Of a stretch of 53,092 bases of DNA, positions 46,082 through 53,092 are shown piece after piece (the first letter of the stretch is position 1; the number at the start of each line of letters is the position of its first letter). The notes below the pieces were generated by a model. It made no database searches. It was given only the letters and a program-made list of their open reading frames with translations, and was not told where the DNA came from. The stretch covers positions 1 to 53,092 of the forward strand of contig JAEOTP010000004.1 of the NCBI GenBank assembly GCA_016839765.1, written 5' to 3'. The translations under genes were made by a program, and so were the position numbers. This stretch comes from Promethearchaeota archaeon (GTDB lineage Archaea > Asgardarchaeota > Lokiarchaeia > Sigyniarchaeales > SOKP01).

Positions 46082-47302
46082 TTATGTATACTCTATTCCT
46101 AGGAAATCTAAAATTCTTTCAATAGAGTTCCCATCATTATACTTGTTGAACTTTTCTCTTATTTTCTCTCTAATTCCTTTATATTCTATTTCTATCTTTT
46201 CCAGGCTTTTAATAGTCTTAATTAAATCTTCGACATTAAAAATAACAGGTCCCGGTGCTATTTCCTTAAGATTATAATTTAAACCTCTTCCTTCTTGATA
46301 TCTATCTATATCATAAGGAAATAAAATAATTGGTTTCATAGTCAACAAAAAATCAAATATAACTGATGAATAATCTGAGATAAGGAGATTTGAGATTAAA
46401 AGAAGTTCTTGAATATCTGAAGACTTCTTAACAAGATTAATATTTCCATATTCACTAAAATTAAACTCCTTTTCAAAAATATGACCCTTAAAAAGAAAAA
46501 CTGAATTCATTTCTTTTAATACTTTATTTAAGCTTGTTAGATCCTCTTTTGTAAACGGAAATCTTAAAGTATTAGCATCCCTATGTGTTGGAGCATATAA
46601 TATAACATAATTTGCATTTTCAGGTACATTATAGTACTTTTTAATTTTACTAATTAAATCTTTATCTTTGTTGAATAGGATATCATTTCTAGGGTACCCC
46701 AAATCGAGTATTTTATTAGGCGAAACTTTAAAAGCTGACGTTAATATTTCATGTTCATATTTTCCACTAGCAGGAGTTAAAACATAATCAATATACTGGT
46801 GAGGATATGACTTTAATTTCAGTATATCTACCCATTTTTTATAAATATAGGTTTTCTCAAAATCCTCCGTAATATCTTTTATTACAGTTCCATGGAACGT
46901 CATAATGATTTTAGTTTTCGGTGAAAATTCAATTGGCAATACGTCATATATACCATGAGTGAGAAAAACATACCTACATCTTCTTAAAAGTCTTATTGCA
47001 TTTATACTTAACATATAAACTGCATTATAACCTTTCTGTCTAAGATTCATCAGAATTTCTCGTGATTTTGTTAACCAAACCACTTTATACTTAGAATTTC
47101 TACTTAAAAATTCAAATAGATATTTTGTGTTGTCCAAATATGAATTTCCACTATACGCTCCCATAATTATTAAATTTTCATCAACTTTTTTACGAAATAG
47201 TTTAGAAATGAATTTAAAACAAAAAGGTATAAATATATCTCTTAAAAGTGCGTAAAAATTTTTATTTTTTAAAAAAGAAAGTCTCTCAAGCTGTAAATTC
47301 AT
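46082..47302 (-). CDS. CDP-glycerol:glycerophosphotransferase family (TagF/TagB-like)
   Basis: DNTKYLF, FHGT..K, GYPRND, LYAPTHRD, K.H, LISDYSSV.FDFL. Confidence 0.88.
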   Translation of the reverse strand: MNLQLERLSFLKNKNFYALLRDIFIPFCFKFISKLFRKKVDENLIIMGAYSGNSYLDNTKYLFEFLSRNSKYKVVWLTKSREILMNLRQKGYNAVYMLSINAIRLLRRCRYVFLTHGIYDVLPIEFSPKTKIIMTFHGTVIKDITEDFEKTYIYKKWVDILKLKSYPHQYIDYVLTPASGKYEHEILTSAFKVSPNKILDLGYPRNDILFNKDKDLISKIKKYYNVPENANYVILYAPTHRDANTLRFPFTKEDLTSLNKVLKEMNSVFLFKGHIFEKEFNFSEYGNINLVKKSSDIQELLLISNLLISDYSSVIFDFLLTMKPIILFPYDIDRYQEGRGLNYNLKEIAPGPVIFNVEDLIKTIKSLEKIEIEYKGIREKIREKFNKYNDGNSIERILDFLGIEYT

Positions 47303-47403
47303 CTATATTAATCACTCAATTTTAATATACAATGTTTGTAAGATTTTAGAATTAATATAAAAATAAAAATTTAGTAAATTTAAAATTTTCATCATTAACT
47401 TAC

Positions 47404-47952
47404 TTAATGCTCATCTGGTAAATAACCCATTTCATTTAGAGCATATAATATATTATTTTTACTTTCCTCGACTGTTTGTTTATCAGTTTCGACAATGATC
47501 TCTACATTATCAGGTTCTTCGAAGGGATGATCAATTCCAGTGAAATTTTTAATCTCACCGGCTCTAGCTTTAGAATACATACCTTTTACATCTCGTTTCT
47601 CGCATTCCTCTAGTGAACATTTAACATAAACAAGTATATAATCACCAATTTCATTCCGCGAATAAGCACGTATTTTATTATATGGTGATACAAAAGAGGC
47701 AAGGACAGCAACACCATTTCGGGTTAAAAGTTTAGCAACAAACGTGACTCTCTCAATGTTCATATTTCGATCCTCTTCAGTGAATCCCAAATCACGTGTT
47801 AAACTTTTTCTAACAATATCTCCATCTAGGCGTTCCACTTTCATCCCTCTTTTTCTCAGATCATCAGCAACAGCATCTGCAAGTATAGATTTCCCTGAGC
47901 AAGGAAGTCCTGTAAACCATAACGTAAATCCTTTATGTTCTATTTTTTTCAC
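47404..47952 (-). CDS. cysC: Adenylyl-sulfate (APS) kinase
   Basis: WFTGLPCSGKS, LDGDIVR, LGF...DR, RDVKGMY, FTGIDHPFEEP. Confidence 0.95.
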   Translation of the reverse strand: MKKIEHKGFTLWFTGLPCSGKSILADAVADDLRKRGMKVERLDGDIVRKSLTRDLGFTEEDRNMNIERVTFVAKLLTRNGVAVLASFVSPYNKIRAYSRNEIGDYILVYVKCSLEECEKRDVKGMYSKARAGEIKNFTGIDHPFEEPDNVEIIVETDKQTVEESKNNILYALNEMGYLPDEH

Positions 47953-47957
47953 CCATT

Positions 47958-49346
47958 TTAAAATTCAATTACATTTCCTTCCATATCATTTGGAATTTCA
48001 AATCCTAAAATATTTAGACAAGTTGGAGCAATATCTAATATGTTTTTTGTGCCTAAATCCTTTCCAATTTTACTTTTTGGATTATAAATAATGTATATTC
48101 CGTAATAGTCATGTACAGCATCATCTGGTCCCGTGTCATTTTCTTTTAAATACATAGATTCATAACCTACTGTACCAGCAGATCTCCAATTTAAATCATC
48201 AAAATATACCATTAAATCAGGTGGATCTCCGCGAATTATTGCATAAAAATCTCCAGGTTTATAAACTTTTGTATTCATGGGGTTACCAGAGTCATCCTTT
48301 ATTGATTTTATCTTTTCTGCTATAAGGTCCCTCATTTTTTCGTAATCTTCCTTTTTAATAATACCTTCAGGTTCTCTTCCCTCAACATTTAAGAAAATCC
48401 TAGCATAATAACCACCCCAACCCCAAGCATATGTTTTGTTCCAATCAATTTTTGCATCATCTAATCTGGTTCCTGGTTTGGGTTTCCCTTTAAACTTTAA
48501 TAATCCAAGTTCTTCAAAGGCCATATTAACACATATTAAACCTTTCATTGCTTTTGCTCCATGATCGGATGCTACAACAATAGTTGTATTATCATCTAAC
48601 AAGTCCAAAATTTCCCCTACTTCTTCATCTAAATATTTATAATAGTTACGCATTTCAAGCTCGAATTGATTTCCAGGAACGTATTTGTCATGTTTTTTAT
48701 CAAAATATTTCCAAAAAGCATGATGAAATCTATCTAAACCTATTATAACAAATTGGAAAAAGTCCCAATCTTTATTTTTCATCAAATATTTGATTGTTTT
48801 AAACTGAATCCTAGTCATTTCATATATCTCCTTTAATAAAGCCGTTTTATTTTCTACTCTAAAATTTGCATCTAAAATGTAATTGCCAATTTCATCTTCT
48901 ATTTCTTGTTTCAGTTCAGGGGGATATGTATAAGTTGAGTCTGTATCTGGTGTTATAAAGCCAGCAATTAGGTTACCATTAATTGATTTGACAGGATATG
49001 TGGGAGGTACTCCAATAATAATGCTTTTTAATCCCTTTCTACCAATTATATCCCAAATGGTGGGTTCTTTTACTGAATTTGAAGTGGCTATCCAAAAATC
49101 ATTATAAGCAAACTTCTTTCGATGCCTAAATCCATAAATTCCAAGTGTACCTGCTTTTTTACCTGTTGCCATAACCATCCATGCTGGTATCGTAATTGGA
49201 GGATCTGAACTTCTTAATTTTCCATATACTCCATTTTCCATTAATTTTCTGATATTTGGGCAATCATCGATAAAATCATTGAATAAAGTTCTTGGTGTAG
49301 CGCAATCTAAACCAATAAGGACCAATTTCTTTTTTTTTTTACTCAT
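47958..49346 (-). CDS. Alkaline phosphatase superfamily protein (type I phosphodiesterase/NPP-like)
   Basis: IGLD (D14), PPITIPAW (Thr52 nucleophile position), DRFHH, SDHG, distal H, LDIAPT. Confidence 0.88.
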   Translation of the reverse strand: MSKKKKKLVLIGLDCATPRTLFNDFIDDCPNIRKLMENGVYGKLRSSDPPITIPAWMVMATGKKAGTLGIYGFRHRKKFAYNDFWIATSNSVKEPTIWDIIGRKGLKSIIIGVPPTYPVKSINGNLIAGFITPDTDSTYTYPPELKQEIEDEIGNYILDANFRVENKTALLKEIYEMTRIQFKTIKYLMKNKDWDFFQFVIIGLDRFHHAFWKYFDKKHDKYVPGNQFELEMRNYYKYLDEEVGEILDLLDDNTTIVVASDHGAKAMKGLICVNMAFEELGLLKFKGKPKPGTRLDDAKIDWNKTYAWGWGGYYARIFLNVEGREPEGIIKKEDYEKMRDLIAEKIKSIKDDSGNPMNTKVYKPGDFYAIIRGDPPDLMVYFDDLNWRSAGTVGYESMYLKENDTGPDDAVHDYYGIYIIYNPKSKIGKDLGTKNILDIAPTCLNILGFEIPNDMEGNVIEF

Positions 49347-49391
49347 TATGATACTAACTCAAGGCTCTCATTTTTATAATTAACATAAAAA

Positions 49392-50540
49392 TCATGTAAC
49401 AAATGGATTTTTATACTTTAGAATCACTTCTGCTACTTCTTTGCGCATAACTTCTGGATCAGGTGGGTTTCCAGCCTTTAAAGCATTTCTAATTTCACGA
49501 CCTGCAAAGAAATTCTGCATTTCTGGAGGATGGGGACAAATCTTATCATTCACAACCGCGTCACACTTTTTACATTTTGAGAAGGAGCGAAATTTAATTG
49601 GTTCAATACCTAAATCTGGAAATTTATCAAAAATGAAATGAGCATCATAAGGTCCATAATAATTCCCTACTCCTGCATGATCTCTCCCAATAATTATATG
49701 TGTACATCCAAAATTCTTTCTTGCAATTGCATGAAATATAGCTTCTTTTGGTCCCGCATATCTCATCTCTGTTTCGAATGTACTCATTACTACGCGATTT
49801 TTAGGATAATATTCTTTAATTAATACTTTATATGCTTCGATAATTACACTGTCTAAGAAATCACCTTGCTTTTTCTTACCAATTACAGGATTTATGAACA
49901 AACCATCTACATAAGTCAAGCCTGCTTTTTGGATATATTCATGTCCTAAATGTGGTGGGTTTCTTGTTTGAAACGCCACAACTCGTTCCCATCTCATTTC
50001 CTTGAAAAGGACTCTTGTTTCTATAGGCTTTAGGTCTATTTCTGGGAATGTAGCTTTAGGTTCATTGATTAAAAATATTTGTCCTCCCATTAGTTTTTCT
50101 TTATAGTTTAAAACACTGTTCACTCCTGGATGATCTCTTTCTAAAGTTCCATATGTTTTGCTTGCATAATCCTTTTTGTCAAAATCATAGATATCTTCTA
50201 CTCTCATTAATGCAATAGGCTTATTCTCACCATTTGTTAGGATGATCTGATCATCGCTTTTGATATTCTTGAGTTCATTTTCTGAAACATCTAAAGTTAT
50301 AGGAAAAGGCCAAGGAATATCACTTTCCAAATACATAGACTCAAGAACATAATTATAATCATTTTCATTCATAAAGCCTTCTAATGGGCTAAATACTCCA
50401 AATGCAATGTTTTTAATCACTTTTAATGTTTCAGGTCTTACTTTAATTGTTTCAAATTCGTTGACCTGACCCAAAATTCTTTCCCTTTCAAAATTAGGTA
50501 AAACCTTATTTATTAAAGTACCTCCATGTGGCGGAATCAT
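49392..50540 (-). CDS. sat: Sulfate adenylyltransferase (ATP sulfurylase)
   Basis: PHGG, FSPLEGFM, FQTRNPPHLGHE, MRYAGPKEA, GRDHAG, MRKEV. Confidence 0.96.
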   Translation of the reverse strand: MIPPHGGTLINKVLPNFERERILGQVNEFETIKVRPETLKVIKNIAFGVFSPLEGFMNENDYNYVLESMYLESDIPWPFPITLDVSENELKNIKSDDQIILTNGENKPIALMRVEDIYDFDKKDYASKTYGTLERDHPGVNSVLNYKEKLMGGQIFLINEPKATFPEIDLKPIETRVLFKEMRWERVVAFQTRNPPHLGHEYIQKAGLTYVDGLFINPVIGKKKQGDFLDSVIIEAYKVLIKEYYPKNRVVMSTFETEMRYAGPKEAIFHAIARKNFGCTHIIIGRDHAGVGNYYGPYDAHFIFDKFPDLGIEPIKFRSFSKCKKCDAVVNDKICPHPPEMQNFFAGREIRNALKAGNPPDPEVMRKEVAEVILKYKNPFVT

Positions 50541-50588
50541 AATTTTTTCCTTTTTTAATATGTTGTAATTATTATATAAAGCTAAATT

Positions 50589-50828
50589 TTAATCAATATA
50601 TCCCAAATCTCGTAATCTCTGCTTTACCTTCTCTTCTTCTTCCTTTGTAAAAGCTTGTTTAGATCTTTCTTCTTCCTCTATAGAAGAAAGAACTTGCCTA
50701 AGAACATACGTCACATAACTGGAGACCGAAGAAAATCCAGTTCCTTTCATTCGCTCTTTTATTTTCTCTGAAAGGACTTTGGGAATTGATACAGTTGTAT
50801 ATTCAACTTTATGTTCATCATCTGACAT
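50589..50828 (-). CDS. CopG/ribbon-helix-helix regulator with C-terminal EEEEKVKQRLRDLGY tail
   Basis: YTTVSIP strand plus helices with SSVSSYVTYVLR; first gene of the sat operon. Confidence 0.85.
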   Translation of the reverse strand: MSDDEHKVEYTTVSIPKVLSEKIKERMKGTGFSSVSSYVTYVLRQVLSSIEEEERSKQAFTKEEEEKVKQRLRDLGYID

Positions 50829-51084
50829 TATAACTCATTTTAAAATATAATTATATTTAATTAAATAGAATTAAGACATATTAAAAAATCTTACTAAATG
50901 CCCTAATATTAAGGATTCTTAATAAAATAAGAGTATGAATAAAACTTCAAAAAAATAAAGGTTTTTCAGTAATAAAATTTTGTTAATTTGATTCAAATAT
51001 TTATTAAGTAAAGGAGATAATAAATAAATATATACATTAAATATCTATAGGGCAACTCTTTAAATTACTTAAATACTCAAGATT

Positions 51085-52110
51085 ATGCAAATTACTCATC
51101 CAAGAATATCAATTATATTTCCCTCTTATAATGGTGTTAAATTTCTTGAAAGAAATTTGAATTCCATAAAAAATTTAAATAATCTGGATGAGATCGAATT
51201 GGTAATCGTAGATAATAAATCAAAAGATTCCACTATTAATGTAATAAATTCATTTGCAAATAATATCAACATTAATCTAGTGAAAAATAAGTCTAACGAA
51301 GGTTTTGCAGAAGCTTGCAATTGTGGAGTATCTAGCTCGTGTGGAGAGTTTGTGTTTATCACCAATCAAGATGTTGTTTTTCCTCCCGACTTCTTTAATA
51401 AAATAACAAAACTTTATTATAAGTATAGAAATGATCATGAGATTGTTATTTCACCGGCTTTAGTATTTGAAAATGGGAGAATACATTATTTTGGAGCTAA
51501 AAATCATTTTTTAGGATTTTCTTACACTCCCGAATTAGGTGAAAAATTACCACGAGATAATGTTATAAAAACTACTCAAAGATTTTCTGGCGGAACTCTT
51601 TTTATTAAAAAAAATTATTTTTTAGAAATGGGTGGTTTTGATAAAGAATTTTTTATGTATTATGAAGATACAGATCTTTCACTAAAAATTTTGAAGAATG
51701 GAAATCCAATATACACTACAAATGATCCCTTTTTAATCCATCAAAAAAACTATCAAACTATGAATAAGATGCAATATTTCTTTTTAGAACGTAATAGGTA
51801 CCTCATCCTACTTAAAAATGTAAGTAATTTGTATAAACTATTACCTATCATTATTATTACTGAATTTATCTTATTAATCCATTCAATTTTTATTAAAAAG
51901 TTTAAATTAAGGCTAAGAATCTATATTGAATTACTTAAAAAAATTAAATGTTATAGAAATTTAAGAAAATTAGCGAAAAAGGAAAACAGATTAATGCCTT
52001 ATCAAATCTTATCGAGAGATCTAGACCCAATTCTACTGGGCAAGTTAGGAAAATTAAAAGTGTTCAGAAAATTACTTGTCTTTTTTAATAAATTCCTTAA
52101 ATATGTATAA
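51085..52110 (+). CDS. GT2 glycosyltransferase (WbbL/rhamnosyltransferase-like)
   Basis: PSYN, VDNKSKD, N.GFA...N.G, NQD, GGFD..FFMYYEDTDL. Confidence 0.88.
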   Translation: MQITHPRISIIFPSYNGVKFLERNLNSIKNLNNLDEIELVIVDNKSKDSTINVINSFANNININLVKNKSNEGFAEACNCGVSSSCGEFVFITNQDVVFPPDFFNKITKLYYKYRNDHEIVISPALVFENGRIHYFGAKNHFLGFSYTPELGEKLPRDNVIKTTQRFSGGTLFIKKNYFLEMGGFDKEFFMYYEDTDLSLKILKNGNPIYTTNDPFLIHQKNYQTMNKMQYFFLERNRYLILLKNVSNLYKLLPIIIITEFILLIHSIFIKKFKLRLRIYIELLKKIKCYRNLRKLAKKENRLMPYQILSRDLDPILLGKLGKLKVFRKLLVFFNKFLKYV

Positions 52111-52121
52111 TTAGCAAGATT

Positions 52122-53092
52122 TCAAAATTTCAGCAGGTTTTTTATGTAATTATAATCAGAGATCATAAACTTTCTACAAGATCTATTTGTTCGTCTCCTA
52201 ATTCCAATTCTAAACCCTTGCCATATGGAGATGAGTCTTAATTTTATTTTATAAAAATTTAGCTTTAAAAAATTCAAAACAATTATGCCTAAATTCAAGA
52301 TGCTGAAGATATAGTAAAAGACCACTAGATCAGTTATTTTTGCATGCTTCCAAACTAATATTTGAGAATTTCTGGTAAAAAAATGATGGTTAAAAATCAT
52401 TCTTTCTTGATCAACTATGCGGGGGATATTATGATAGACGATCGTAGTTGGAACATAAAATGATTTATACCCTTTTTTCTGAGCTTGAATATTCCAGTCA
52501 GGATCCTCATGATACATAAAAAAAATCTCATCCATTAATCCTGCTTTGGTTATAACTTCTTTTTTTATAAAAAGGGCTGTTCCAGGAGCAAAACCAATTT
52601 GTTCAATCTCGCTATATCTTTTATTAAAAGGATCATATTCCAAATATCCTCTATTTCCAATAACTATTGCAGATCTAAAGTTTACAAATGCTCCAGCGTT
52701 CCATATAACATCTTTCTCATTATATATTTTAATTTTTGGAGTTATCATACCTGCCTTAGGATTAGATTCTATAAAGTCTACCATAGTTTTTAAAAAATTA
52801 GGTTCTAATATAATATCATAATTTAATAAACAGATATAATCTCCATGTGCTTGTTTAATTGCTTTATTATTACCAGCTCCAAAAAAAAGGTTTTTATCAC
52901 TTCGAATTAATCGAATATTTAAACTATTTTCAAATTGTCTTAATTGGTCCTCTAATTTAGAATATAAATTATAGTCTGACCCATTATCAACAAGGATTAC
53001 TTCAAAATTTTTATAAGCTTGATTCTCTAGTGATTTTAAACAATCTATAGTATATTGATATTTATTATAATTTAAAATAATTATAGAAACTA
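52122..53092 (-). CDS. GT2 glycosyltransferase (WbbL-like); 5' end lies beyond the window
   Basis: The frame stays open from the window edge (VSIIILNYN...VDNGSD...FGAGNN) into the tracked ORF (FFMYHEDPDW); the track start at 52784 is internal. Confidence 0.88.
   Translation of the reverse strand, partial: VSIIILNYNKYQYTIDCLKSLENQAYKNFEVILVDNGSDYNLYSKLEDQLRQFENSLNIRLIRSDKNLFFGAGNNKAIKQAHGDYICLLNYDIILEPNFLKTMVDFIESNPKAGMITPKIKIYNEKDVIWNAGAFVNFRSAIVIGNRGYLEYDPFNKRYSEIEQIGFAPGTALFIKKEVITKAGLMDEIFFMYHEDPDWNIQAQKKGYKSFYVPTTIVYHNIPRIVDQERMIFNHHFFTRNSQILVWKHAKITDLVVFYYIFSILNLGIIVLNFLKLNFYKIKLRLISIWQGFRIGIRRRTNRSCRKFMISDYNYIKNLLKF

Noticed and set aside
50843-50858. 16-bp palindrome AAATATAATTATATTT upstream of the RHH gene as an autoregulatory operator
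   Set aside because: It is pure A/T in very AT-rich intergenic DNA and overlaps the likely TATA zone, so it cannot be distinguished from chance.
1333-52821. Short ORF-track entries antisense or out-of-frame to longer genes (e.g. 1333-1602, 2708-2896, 13502-13717, 24435-24695, 26549-27037, 45122-45376, 47744-48091, 52546-52821)
   Set aside because: They lie largely or wholly within well-supported genes and show no motifs; they are shadow ORFs.
1-53092. CRISPR array, rRNA, transposase, integrase or prophage (including an att site at tRNA-Tyr)
   Set aside because: No regularly spaced repeats, rRNA-like GC-rich stretches, recombinase genes or duplicated tRNA 3' end were seen by eye.

Overview
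Very AT-rich archaeal DNA, most likely from an Asgard archaeon of the Lokiarchaeia type. That assignment is inferred from a Rab-like GTPase, an Arf-like GTPase, roadblock and longin-like domains, eukaryote-like ubiquitin E1 and E2 enzymes, and an intron-containing archaeal tRNA-Tyr. The left half (1-27 kb) mixes housekeeping genes with eukaryotic-signature-protein genes. It holds an Fe-S protein, Zn-ribbon membrane paralogs, a CoiA-like nuclease with a candidate ~150-nt structured RNA downstream, an HDAC/AcuC, a PDCD5-like protein, tRNA-Tyr, E2, E1, a 1650-aa 14-repeat helical giant, RACo, the Rab-like GTPase, aspartate kinase, and a roadblock plus longin-Arf-GTPase operon whose second gene appears to use a non-canonical start codon. 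The right half (27-53 kb) is a surface-glycan island. It contains nucleotide-sugar enzymes, GT2/GT4 and GT-C-like transferases, a flippase, a methyltransferase, a cytidylyltransferase + GlpT-like transporter + TagF-like trio, and an RHH-sat-alkaline phosphatase superfamily-cysC (PAPS) operon with no recognisable PAPS consumer. The best candidates for undescribed systems are: (1) the roadblock / longin-Arf / aspartate kinase (ACT) / Rab cluster; (2) the PAPS + AP-superfamily + LGY-tail RHH sulfation module; (3) the promoter-bearing structured RNA next to the CoiA-like nuclease; (4) the beads-on-a-string giant protein upstream of E1. All family calls come from motif recognition by eye; no searches were run.
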